DNA from: a virus
Taxonomy: Duplodnaviria > Caudoviricetes
Length of the DNA stretch: 64,000 nucleotides
Reading direction: 5' to 3' (one strand)
Virus record (IMG/VR): IMGVR_UViG_3300038679_000021
Span: 20,560-84,559 of that record
Part shown: in pieces, positions 1 through 8,675 of the stretch
How positions within the stretch are numbered: the stretch's first letter is position 1
Layout of the letters: the number at the start of each line of letters is the position of its first letter
The notes under the pieces: generated by a model
Database searches by the model: none
The model's input: the letters and a program-made list of their open reading frames with translations, nothing else
What the model was told of the DNA's origin: nothing
Made by a program: the position numbers and the translations under genes

Positions 1-252
1 AAGTCTGGTCTGATCTGTTCGCCACTCATGGAGGTCGTGGGTGAGGGTCTTGATACCGTCAACACCATTCCCGTAGAGGTCTTTCTCAACCTCAGTCAGC
101 CGACGATCCCTATCAACGAAAGCCTCCGCAAGAAGAGTCTTGATGGTTTCCGTAATCCTCACAACGACTTGATCGATTACGGTCTTAAACATCAACTCGC
201 ACTGAGGATGAGGATAAGGTCCATGCTCTTCTTTCTTTACTCTTTGGGCCAT
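1..252 (-). CDS. Partial CDS running off the window edge; possible holin-adjacent/lysis-module protein
   Basis: Not in ORF track. Read by hand: GGAGG RBS then ATG at 252, open to position 1 (MAQRVKKEEHGPYP...VEKDLYGNGVDGIKTLTHDLHEWR). The YGNG..G motif and position after the tail genes suggest a lysis module; function is inference. Confidence 0.6.
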   Translation of the reverse strand, partial: MAQRVKKEEHGPYPHPQCELMFKTVIDQVVVRITETIKTLLAEAFVDRDRRLTEVEKDLYGNGVDGIKTLTHDLHEWRTDQTRL

Positions 253-333
253 AGAACCTCCGGCAATCGCAAAGTCTTCTCAAATCCATTCGAGGATTCT
301 TACCACAAAGGAACTATACCGAAAAAAGGAGCG

Positions 334-1368
334 TCAGTCAACCCAAGACTCTTGGGCCAGCGTTTTTCTCTGTCGGAAATTCGGGATATTCCAACCGATA
401 ACTCTGCCGTCTTTCAACTCGATGGCAACAACGCCAGTACCCGAAGGATTTGTTCCGAGAAACCAATGTGAGCGATTCCCATTGGCCTTTGGGTCTGTCG
501 TCGGTGTCTTAACGGTTCGAATCTCGTATACTTCAGTCAACGTCCGATCTCGGGCGACAGTTAATCGGACGATTTCACCATTGTACTTCGCCGGAATTAG
601 AACTACAGGTCTTCCTGTAGTTTCACTCGTCTCTTTCCAGAGGAAGTTCTGGTCGCCTTGCTTATCTACAGGGAGCGGATTGGGGGTAGGCGGCGGTGTC
701 GGAGGGTCCGGGGTCGGCGGCGGGGGTGGCGGGACATAAACATACCCGCACATCACACAAGGCGTTCCGGTATGCCCGTACTTACTACAAAAGTTCTTGG
801 CATTGTAAGCACGGCCCCAAGAATACTTTGAAAGAAACTTTGCCAGCTTAGTGTACCAAGACTTGATATCGATATCTACAGCCTCAACAGGCATTGGGGC
901 TTCGATCAGGTCAGAGGATTGAGTCAGTCCGGAAGACGTAGAATGCCAACCGAGAATCCAAGTCCTCCACTCAGGTGGAAGGCTTGGAGAACCTGTTTTG
1001 TTCGCTGCAAGAGCATGCGCGAGTTCATGCACTAGATGTTCCTCGGGGAGGAAGCCATCTACGTGTTTCGCAAGGTCGATATTAGCTATCTCTCTACTCC
1101 CTCGGAACTCTCCCACGTTCCCACTAGCAAGTGTAGCAACTTGCCGTTGGAAGTGTCGGGACCATGCTGTCGTCTCTCTTACATACACGCGAACGGCGAT
1201 CTTCTGGAAGCCCCACTTCCAGCCAGATTTCTGCTCGCAGTATGCCATAGCAGATTTGACTCTGCTCTCGTCAATGCCCTGCAACTTTGAGAAATAGGGC
1301 TCATTCCTCATATCATGGAAGGTAGCACACCCAGAAAGCAGAATAGCAACGATAGGAAGTGATCGCAT
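334..1368 (-). CDS. Predicted lipoprotein with HExxH zinc-metallopeptidase motif, Cys cluster and poly-Pro linker
   Basis: Lipobox LLSGC at residues 10-14; HELAH motif; CSKYGHTGTPCVMCG; PPPPPPTPDPPTPPPTPNP linker before a C-terminal domain. Confidence 0.7.
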   Translation of the reverse strand: MRSLPIVAILLSGCATFHDMRNEPYFSKLQGIDESRVKSAMAYCEQKSGWKWGFQKIAVRVYVRETTAWSRHFQRQVATLASGNVGEFRGSREIANIDLAKHVDGFLPEEHLVHELAHALAANKTGSPSLPPEWRTWILGWHSTSSGLTQSSDLIEAPMPVEAVDIDIKSWYTKLAKFLSKYSWGRAYNAKNFCSKYGHTGTPCVMCGYVYVPPPPPPTPDPPTPPPTPNPLPVDKQGDQNFLWKETSETTGRPVVLIPAKYNGEIVRLTVARDRTLTEVYEIRTVKTPTTDPKANGNRSHWFLGTNPSGTGVVAIELKDGRVIGWNIPNFRQRKTLAQESWVD

Positions 1369-1376
1369 AAGGCTCC

Positions 1377-3257
1377 TTATTTTTGAAGCTCTAGTATGAA
1401 CAGCCCACCAGCATTGGTAACGATATTCGGACCCATGTTAAGAAGCTGGAAGTACATATACACCGGGGCCGTGCCATTCCCCGGACCCGCAGGAATAGCA
1501 GAACCAACAGGAACCATATTGGTGGTTTGCGCCCTGAGATAGGGATTTGCCATAGCAGTATACGCGGTGTTTGTGAAGTAGTTGAATGCCCCGAATCCCG
1601 CTGAGTTTCCTCCACCAGACCAACCAGCATAGATACGCCAAGCCATTCCTGTGGTATAGTAGGTGGTTTGGTCTATCAGATTGTTTGTATTGTACTCTAG
1701 CTGGAAAGCTATCCTACTAATATTTGTATACAGCCCACCGGGCCACATATCTGCAAAAGCGATAGATCCGACAGAGCTTGTGTTTGCAGCAACAGTAGCA
1801 GAAGGAATACGTACGGAAACCATAAGGCGATCAGGCCAGTTGGAATCTGTTATATTGCACTTAACTGCCCCAACCTTCGCTGCCGTGATATTCGTCAGGC
1901 TCCCGCCGTCCCCCGTCGCGCCCGGCACAAGCGCCAGCGCCACGGTCCCCGTCGCCGCGATGCCAGCGTTCGTGGCATAGCCGCTGGACGCCGCATAACC
2001 AGAGTTGGTGCCATAACCAGCCGATGTTGCATACCCTGCATTGGTCGCGAAGCCCGCCGATGTGGCGTAGTCTGCCACCAGCGCGACTGTTGACGTTGGC
2101 GCGGCGTAAGTGGTGCCCAGCGTTGCGACCTGAGCCAAGAGGTTGCTATAATCCGTGGAAGAAAGAGCGTTGGTGGTATAGGTAATAACAGGAGCATTGG
2201 TGACAATGATAGCCTCCCAAGCTACGTCGAGACTGACCGTAGGAGAACCCTCATACTGCGCGTCAGTTGCAACATAGGTATCCGCAGGGCTATCCATGAT
2301 AGCCGTCTGCGATTGATACATATTATTCCCGTCGTTTGCGAGATACCAAATCAACCCCGCTTGATACCAGAAGCACCACCAATTAGTCTCCCCAAGAAGG
2401 ACAAAGGCAGGGCCGTTACCAGACTTGCCATTAGTGGCAGTATAGGTGCCACCTATGAAATCGTTCGTAGTTGACCAACCATCGAGACTCCAAATCGCCC
2501 CGTTGGGTGTAACCGTAATACTGCCTACATAAGAGTTCGTAGTATAGGTGGCGTCTCCGACAGTAGCACTGACCCAAAACACTCTTTCGATTGATTGTGT
2601 GTGGTTTGCAATCTCAAGTTGCTGTACTGCATTAGTGTCGTGGGCCAGAGAGGTATAGACCCTAGCAGCACCGCCTGTATTAATCACCGCAGACATTGCG
2701 GTAGCTGCAAGCCCACTAGCTGTATTTCCCCAAGCAAGAGGATAACTCCCAGCCGAAGAAGCAGTGACAGAGGCCGAGACATCTGCAAACATTGCGAACC
2801 CATTAGATCGCGAAAAAGCCTCCGCAAGAGGGAACACTAAACCAGAGTTAGTATTAACCGTAACTGCCCTAGTAGAAGACGTACTCGCAGCATTGGTATA
2901 CGTAGAAGCAAGAGTAGCGAAGTTCGAGATGGAAGACCATCCATATTCGGGGGCATTGGTGAACAGCAGCTTGAAGTAGTAGTTACTCGAAGGCTTCAGC
3001 CCGTAGAGATAGTGGCTAACCGTACCTGTAGCCATGCTTCCTACAAGAGAGTTCCCGTCCCAAGCCTCGAAGTCCTCCCCGGCGTCGGCCCCGCCGTAGA
3101 CAACATAGACATTACCTGTAGAGGCATTGGTAACAAGGCCATCGACAACAGCAAAAACTGAGCCTACAGAGCTTGTCCCAGAGTTGACGAGAGTAGCCGC
3201 GTCCAATCTGCAATCGATTGCAGATAAAAAAGCCAGCAAAACGAGCAGTTTTTTCAT
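1377..3257 (-). CDS. Tail fibre/receptor-binding-like protein with N-terminal signal peptide and FN3-like segment
   Basis: Likely start MKKLLVLLAFL at 3257, coupled TGATG to the upstream gene. GLKPSSNYYF resembles FN3; T/S/N/A/G-rich; hexapeptide repeats; distal tail position. Confidence 0.55.
   Translation of the reverse strand: MKKLLVLLAFLSAIDCRLDAATLVNSGTSSVGSVFAVVDGLVTNASTGNVYVVYGGADAGEDFEAWDGNSLVGSMATGTVSHYLYGLKPSSNYYFKLLFTNAPEYGWSSISNFATLASTYTNAASTSSTRAVTVNTNSGLVFPLAEAFSRSNGFAMFADVSASVTASSAGSYPLAWGNTASGLAATAMSAVINTGGAARVYTSLAHDTNAVQQLEIANHTQSIERVFWVSATVGDATYTTNSYVGSITVTPNGAIWSLDGWSTTNDFIGGTYTATNGKSGNGPAFVLLGETNWWCFWYQAGLIWYLANDGNNMYQSQTAIMDSPADTYVATDAQYEGSPTVSLDVAWEAIIVTNAPVITYTTNALSSTDYSNLLAQVATLGTTYAAPTSTVALVADYATSAGFATNAGYATSAGYGTNSGYAASSGYATNAGIAATGTVALALVPGATGDGGSLTNITAAKVGAVKCNITDSNWPDRLMVSVRIPSATVAANTSSVGSIAFADMWPGGLYTNISRIAFQLEYNTNNLIDQTTYYTTGMAWRIYAGWSGGGNSAGFGAFNYFTNTAYTAMANPYLRAQTTNMVPVGSAIPAGPGNGTAPVYMYFQLLNMGPNIVTNAGGLFILELQK
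1962..2069 (-). repeat. Six in-frame 18-bp/hexapeptide repeats ([YF]ATxAG-like)
   Basis: YATSAG FATNAG YATSAG YGTNSG YAASSG YATNAG in the translation. Confidence 0.85.
3206..3225. promoter_or_regulatory. Perfect 20-bp palindrome ATCTGCAATCGATTGCAGAT (copy of recurring site)
   Basis: Read directly; inside the 5' end of the 1377..3257 gene. Confidence 0.75.
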
Positions 3258-3922
3258 CAGGTTTCTCCCGCGCCCCAATCGCCAGTAACCGATCCTTCGA
3301 TTCCGTTCGGGAAAAACTCATGGTATTTTCCCGTAACACTATTGAAGAGAAGAAATCTTCCGTCGTCCGTGAATCTCCACTTCGCATTCGTGGGAATTCT
3401 CGGGACGAAAAGATTGTTCACGTAGTCCAGAGAAGCGTAAGAGGGGAGAGGGTTGGCCGAAGGGGAGCCCACTTCGACGGCAATGTTCGAGACGATGATG
3501 GGGATATGGAAGAGAAGGTAAGGCGACTCACCCGGAGGCGTGGCCCACAAGGCTGCGAAGGCCCCGAGGTTGGCCCCCGTACCTATGGCGGTGCGGAGTT
3601 CGCTGGTGTTCATGTTCACCCGCCAGCAGACTTTTCCAGTAGCGAGGTCGAAAGTCCAGTCTCCTGCGATGTTGAACTGGCTATGAAGGCTGGAAACAAT
3701 ATCCGCCTTTCCTGCGGTATATTCATTGTCAATACCGAAGTAGAAAACCGTCCCTGTTGGGAGGTCGAATGCCGTCAGGTCCGTTTTCTGGAAAGTTACC
3801 TTCATCAAAACCTGAGTGCCCCGCCAGAAAGTGAGGGAACCATCGAGGGCAGTACCGTCGGAATTCTTCACGGTAAAGGTTTCGACATCGACAATGAGGT
3901 CGTAAACAAGTCGGGAGTTCAT
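3257..3922 (-). CDS. Putative baseplate/fibre adaptor (BppU-like N-terminal region)
   Basis: 221 aa, beta-rich, between the large tail protein and the fibre gene; coupled overlap. Confidence 0.45.
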   Translation of the reverse strand: MNSRLVYDLIVDVETFTVKNSDGTALDGSLTFWRGTQVLMKVTFQKTDLTAFDLPTGTVFYFGIDNEYTAGKADIVSSLHSQFNIAGDWTFDLATGKVCWRVNMNTSELRTAIGTGANLGAFAALWATPPGESPYLLFHIPIIVSNIAVEVGSPSANPLPSYASLDYVNNLFVPRIPTNAKWRFTDDGRFLLFNSVTGKYHEFFPNGIEGSVTGDWGAGET

Positions 3923-3962
3923 AGGTAAAGAATAACAGAAGGGGAGAATAGGTCAACCAAAA

Positions 3963-6900
3963 TCAGAAAGTCCACTTAATAACGGAGAAGGGTGTCTCCA
4001 TTTGGTAAGACCAATCTGCTCGATATGACTTCTGATCCTCAGTAAAGGTATACTCCCAAGTGAAGTTTACCTGTTCCTCGTTAATGTAATCTTCGACGTA
4101 AAGAGTGCGCGTAAACGGTCCAGTATTCGTAGATGCGATATTCGTTGTAAAGGCATACGTATTATAGTAGTAAGTGCTGGGCGTTCCTTGGTTAGAAATC
4201 TCAGAAGAGAGTTCTGTAAAGGTAACAGGAGAGTATACAAAAAGGCCGGGGGCAGAAGTAACAGAAGTCCCTACTAACTCAACATCTTCCACAACAGAAG
4301 TAGACGCCTCGATTACTAACCAAGTATCAGGGATGAAATACTCTTCCTCATAAGGAGAGGCGACCATTGGGATTTCCATGTAGAATCCTGCATAGGTCTC
4401 TGAAGACTCAAGATCCCGAATAGTAGCAACTACAGGATCGGGTGGGGTAGTAGGAAGAAGCGAGGTTGGGGTGATAACAGCAGTAGTGGCCCCTTTGGCT
4501 TTTGCTGTAACACCAACGTTTCTATAGTTGGGTTCAGACTCCGTGCTATTGAGAATGTTCGTGAAAGGGGTTCCGGCTTCGACAGTAGGGGCACCCCAGC
4601 CTTCGCCCCCGTAAGGGTCGATATTCACTGAGTAGTAAGCGTCCGCTGTTTTCTCGTAAGGAAGGAAACCATTGGTTACTGCAAGGGGAGAAAGCCTAGT
4701 CGGCTTGGAGTACATTTCAACAGAACAAGCAAGACGGTCAGAAAGATTCGGCAATGCATAATCACCAAAGGATTTGCTCTTGGTAAAAACAAGACTCCAA
4801 TCATCCAGAAGGTCGTTATCTGAGCTTCTGCCGTTGGATGAAACATATCTTCCGCCGCCTTCGTACCTTTGTGAGTAGGTGAGCGTGAGAAGATACTCAG
4901 TGAAGTTGCCGTACTCTGTAATATGATACGGAAGATAATGCGTAAGGTTGGTAGTTACTGCTTGGCCCTTAGAGTTTACATAAATGTCGAGGTAGTTCGG
5001 GCCTCTCGTCGTATTGTAATCTTCCGCCAGAGGGTTTCCGCAATCTACGACGACCTGCACATTGGTACTGTCAACATAGTCCGGATCGCTGGGTTTCTTC
5101 CTATTGTCATACGTTTTGTTTATGTTAAGAACGGTGCTGGTGGAAAACAATTTAGTAGGGTCAACAAACTCATAAGTATCGTTCGTGGCGAGCGTTTGGG
5201 AAGACGACGCATAAGTCCACTTCAGTTCCTCAAGAGCCGCCAACCTCTCATTGAAGAATGATCGGCTCATCCAATAAGCAGGGACACTTCCGTAGGAAGG
5301 GGCACTAGCTTTTTGCTTCCAGATAATAGAAGACCCGATAAGAGTGTTGGTCTCGTCCACAAGCTCAAGAGTTTCGAAACCTGAGCCCAAGGAAACAGAT
5401 TGGCAAAGTGTATCTGCAACAGAGTTGGTGGAGCTAGAAACAGTAGAAGAGAAAGTCTCCGACTCTAGGGTAACATACGGCCCGGTGAATGCTCGAAGAA
5501 CAGATGCCGTAACAGCTACATCAAAAGTAGGAATAGCGGTATTGGTAGTTGCTCTTTCAAACAGAAGATACCCAGTACCAAGGTCTTGGATGGGCATAGA
5601 CGGAAGATAAATAGCATTCGTGAAACCCGGATGCGTTGCGTTATAGAGATACTCTTCGAAGTCCCCATACGACTTAGCATTCCCTACTCGCACTGTATTG
5701 TAAATGCCATCAGTGCCAGCGTAGATAAACTCCAAGCTCGCTAAAGCCTTCTCGTAAGTATCGACTTTGGCAGTCCTTGTAAAGGATGCGACTTTGCTGG
5801 TGGAGATAAAGTTTCCGGCAGCATAGAAGTTCGTGACGTAGTAAGCATCGTAATCGGCAACTTCCCAGCCGTAAACGATGTTAGTATATGGCTCTTGGTT
5901 TTTCGCTATCGAGACAAGAGTGGTTCCAACATTCGCTTGCGTAAGAACCTTCTCTAGTGTCATAAAAGGAAGGGCTGTGTAGTACACTGTAGTGTTTGTC
6001 CACTCTCCTTGTTCAATGAGTGTAAACTCTTCATCGTAGTAGCTAGTGTCGGCCCAAGACCATAGTTGAGAAGACTGATTGAGATAGGTATCAAAAGACC
6101 CACCAGAGGCTTGGGAGTCATCTAAGAAGTAGGGGATCAACGCAGAAATCTCGTAGTCTATTGCCGCCATGTTAGACCAAGAGAGATAGTCTACTATTCC
6201 TTCAGTGTCTCCATCGACAGTAGGCTGCTGGGAAGTCCAAGCGAAGTTCGTGGCGATCACTACCATGACATTCGTGGAATTCCTAAGAGTTACCGTACCA
6301 AACTCTGGGTGCCCTTCGTCAAACTTAGCATCTGCCTGAGTGAAGTAGTTAGAAAAGATCGGGGACGGGCGATAAGCGTTCGTTACGAAAGTACCCGGCG
6401 GGCTTTCATAAATCCAGTACCACTCTGGAGCGGTGAGGTTGTAATTGGAAACATACGTGGAGTTCTTGTTAGTCCAGAATGCTCCGTCAATGAAAGTGTA
6501 ACGAGATTCGAAATAAACATCCCGATAGGCCCCGGCGGTATTCGTGAGAACAGGGACATATTCCTCAGTGTAATCTTGGATCGAAGGGCCAAGAAGCACT
6601 TCCTCTGTTATGTTGGAAAGGTACTGAGAATAGTAATACCCTTCCTCAGTATAGGTTGCAGCCCTGTCGGGGATGGCCGTGACGTTAGTAACAGGATCTC
6701 TCCGCTCTGCGTCAGTGAGGGTAGGGTAGTTTACGTCAGGGTTCGCTACTCTTACCCACGTCTGCCCATTGGAGATAGCATAAGGAAGCGTAACAGGCTG
6801 GGTGAAGACCGTCAATGGCCGGTAGTAAAGACGGTTTGTGTGGTTAATCCCCGATGAAGGGAGATTCGTAACACTCACACCATAAAACGTAGCCTCTTGC

Positions 6901-7019
6901 CTTGCGTGGAGTTTTTCTGCAATGTTCGTGAGTTCTGCATAAGGCAGAAACTCGACAGAGGGGTCGAGTTGAGCGCATGCCGTAGAAGCGAACAGAAGGA
7001 GTATTAAGGGCCTAGCCAT
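3963..7019 (-). CDS. Large (1018 aa) T/S/Y/N-rich tail-region protein with signal peptide
   Basis: N-terminus MARPLILLLFASTACA|Q fits a Sec/SPI signal; lies downstream of the tape measure where hub/Tal genes usually sit. Confidence 0.55.
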   Translation of the reverse strand: MARPLILLLFASTACAQLDPSVEFLPYAELTNIAEKLHARQEATFYGVSVTNLPSSGINHTNRLYYRPLTVFTQPVTLPYAISNGQTWVRVANPDVNYPTLTDAERRDPVTNVTAIPDRAATYTEEGYYYSQYLSNITEEVLLGPSIQDYTEEYVPVLTNTAGAYRDVYFESRYTFIDGAFWTNKNSTYVSNYNLTAPEWYWIYESPPGTFVTNAYRPSPIFSNYFTQADAKFDEGHPEFGTVTLRNSTNVMVVIATNFAWTSQQPTVDGDTEGIVDYLSWSNMAAIDYEISALIPYFLDDSQASGGSFDTYLNQSSQLWSWADTSYYDEEFTLIEQGEWTNTTVYYTALPFMTLEKVLTQANVGTTLVSIAKNQEPYTNIVYGWEVADYDAYYVTNFYAAGNFISTSKVASFTRTAKVDTYEKALASLEFIYAGTDGIYNTVRVGNAKSYGDFEEYLYNATHPGFTNAIYLPSMPIQDLGTGYLLFERATTNTAIPTFDVAVTASVLRAFTGPYVTLESETFSSTVSSSTNSVADTLCQSVSLGSGFETLELVDETNTLIGSSIIWKQKASAPSYGSVPAYWMSRSFFNERLAALEELKWTYASSSQTLATNDTYEFVDPTKLFSTSTVLNINKTYDNRKKPSDPDYVDSTNVQVVVDCGNPLAEDYNTTRGPNYLDIYVNSKGQAVTTNLTHYLPYHITEYGNFTEYLLTLTYSQRYEGGGRYVSSNGRSSDNDLLDDWSLVFTKSKSFGDYALPNLSDRLACSVEMYSKPTRLSPLAVTNGFLPYEKTADAYYSVNIDPYGGEGWGAPTVEAGTPFTNILNSTESEPNYRNVGVTAKAKGATTAVITPTSLLPTTPPDPVVATIRDLESSETYAGFYMEIPMVASPYEEEYFIPDTWLVIEASTSVVEDVELVGTSVTSAPGLFVYSPVTFTELSSEISNQGTPSTYYYNTYAFTTNIASTNTGPFTRTLYVEDYINEEQVNFTWEYTFTEDQKSYRADWSYQMETPFSVIKWTF

Positions 7020-7606
7020 GACTTCAGATCCACAACGCCGAGATGCAAATTAGAGTACCAAATAGAGCTTCCATAAACGAAGACTTCGTACAGAGGCATA
7101 CGCCAATGGGTAGTGGTGTGCCCGGTGAAGGTACTAGCAGGAACAGAAGATGAAGCAATAGCACCCGTCAAAGGAGAAACCGTACCTTCGGCATAGATGA
7201 TATGCCGAGCCGCCGGAGCCCCTCCGACAAGGACACTCCCAGAAGTTAAGTCCCAGTTCTGATTAGGCGATAATGAGGCTCCCGGAATCTTCACAAATTG
7301 GTTGAATCCCATGACATAGGATTCTCTCAGGTAAACACGGTAAACAGTCGGACCTTCTTCCATCGAAACAAGACCAAATCCGAAGAGGCTAAGATCCATT
7401 GTCCCAGACCCTCTGCGGGACGGAGGCGTCAAAAGGGAGATGACTTTCATCCCCCCTTTGATTGCAACTTCGAAATCAGTAGGGCTGAAAAACGTAAGGT
7501 TGCTTCTGTTTGCAGAGGCAATCAGAGCATTGTGGTCATCCCGAACCAAAAACCGTTGGGTGCTTGGGATGGCCGGAATTATCCCAGACTCGGCAGGCGT
7601 CTTCAC
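7004..7606 (-). CDS. Putative tail protein
   Basis: 200 aa ORF overlapping both neighbours in the tail operon. Confidence 0.5.
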   Translation of the reverse strand: MKTPAESGIIPAIPSTQRFLVRDDHNALIASANRSNLTFFSPTDFEVAIKGGMKVISLLTPPSRRGSGTMDLSLFGFGLVSMEEGPTVYRVYLRESYVMGFNQFVKIPGASLSPNQNWDLTSGSVLVGGAPAARHIIYAEGTVSPLTGAIASSSVPASTFTGHTTTHWRMPLYEVFVYGSSIWYSNLHLGVVDLKSWLGP

Positions 7607-8667
7607 TCAGATTCCTTGTTAGATAGTTTGAGGACTTTTGCCAAGTTCTGCGGAGGAAACGCCGTGTAATCCTCAAACGTGGCAGATTCCTCTGTAGTGC
7701 CTGTCTTCAGCTTCCGGCGATCATAACAGCCGTCAGGACGCAAGTAGTGATTCCAACCACCGATGTTATTCGTAGCGTCAAGAACTGCATTCGCCCCTGT
7801 TCTTCCCCAAGCATCTTTCCAGATATACTTGATGGAAAAGTTGTGCGTACCTTTGTATCGAAGGTTTCCTTGGGCATCGAAAACGGGATCAAGATTTCCA
7901 CCTTCGTAGATTACTGTTTCAGGAGGCATCTTGAAGATCGTTGCTTCGTTACAACTCTGTGCGGCGTTCGCCATGCGCTCAAGAATGTCATCGAAATCGC
8001 GGTAATGCTTGATAACAGTAACGGTTCCCGTGAGAACAGGAGCCCAAATCTTCCCTTTGTTTGTTCCTCCACCTTTCCAGATCGAGACATTACTCAGAGG
8101 GGCGGGATTGGGGGAATATCTATCACGAATAGGGTTCGCCCAAACAATGTAGTTCCTGAAGAAGTTTCTCGCATCATCCCACGGAATCTTCGAAGCCCCG
8201 CCAGTCTCAGAACCAGAGTTGAACATCCAATCAGAAAGGTCAATAGTATCAGCGGTGAACCCGATAGTGAAAGACTTTTGCCAATCCGCTTCTTTCTGTT
8301 CCTCGTCATCGTCAGAGTTTCTCTTTCTAGTTTCGTACTTACAAGTGTACTGCACACAAGAAGGATCGTCTTGAGCGATTCCTACATCAATAGATCGGAG
8401 AATACAAGTTGTAAAAAGAGGGGAACCACTAGGTATAGGCAACGCTAGCATGGAACTTGAAGTCCCGTCAATCCACGGTTGAGGATAACCAAGAGGAGAA
8501 CGAATAGTAGGAAGAGTTTGGTCAAATCCGGCTTGCTTTCCACATTTGAGGCTCTTGAGGAAGACACGGGTAGCTGTAACGCCACCTTCATCATCGACAG
8601 TAAGGTTCCACTTACCTTCGATTTCCTTGCACTCAGCGATTGGAATTGTAGGGGTAACGATAGCCAT
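7603..8667 (-). CDS. Putative distal tail/hub protein
   Basis: First gene after the tape measure; 354 aa; call is positional. Confidence 0.5.
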   Translation of the reverse strand: MAIVTPTIPIAECKEIEGKWNLTVDDEGGVTATRVFLKSLKCGKQAGFDQTLPTIRSPLGYPQPWIDGTSSSMLALPIPSGSPLFTTCILRSIDVGIAQDDPSCVQYTCKYETRKRNSDDDEEQKEADWQKSFTIGFTADTIDLSDWMFNSGSETGGASKIPWDDARNFFRNYIVWANPIRDRYSPNPAPLSNVSIWKGGGTNKGKIWAPVLTGTVTVIKHYRDFDDILERMANAAQSCNEATIFKMPPETVIYEGGNLDPVFDAQGNLRYKGTHNFSIKYIWKDAWGRTGANAVLDATNNIGGWNHYLRPDGCYDRRKLKTGTTEESATFEDYTAFPPQNLAKVLKLSNKESE

Positions 8668-8675
8668 AAAATCCT

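Noticed and set aside
505-530. GGTTCGAATC resembling a tRNA T-loop
   Set aside because: Inside a coding region and no cloverleaf could be built; no tRNA supported anywhere by eye.
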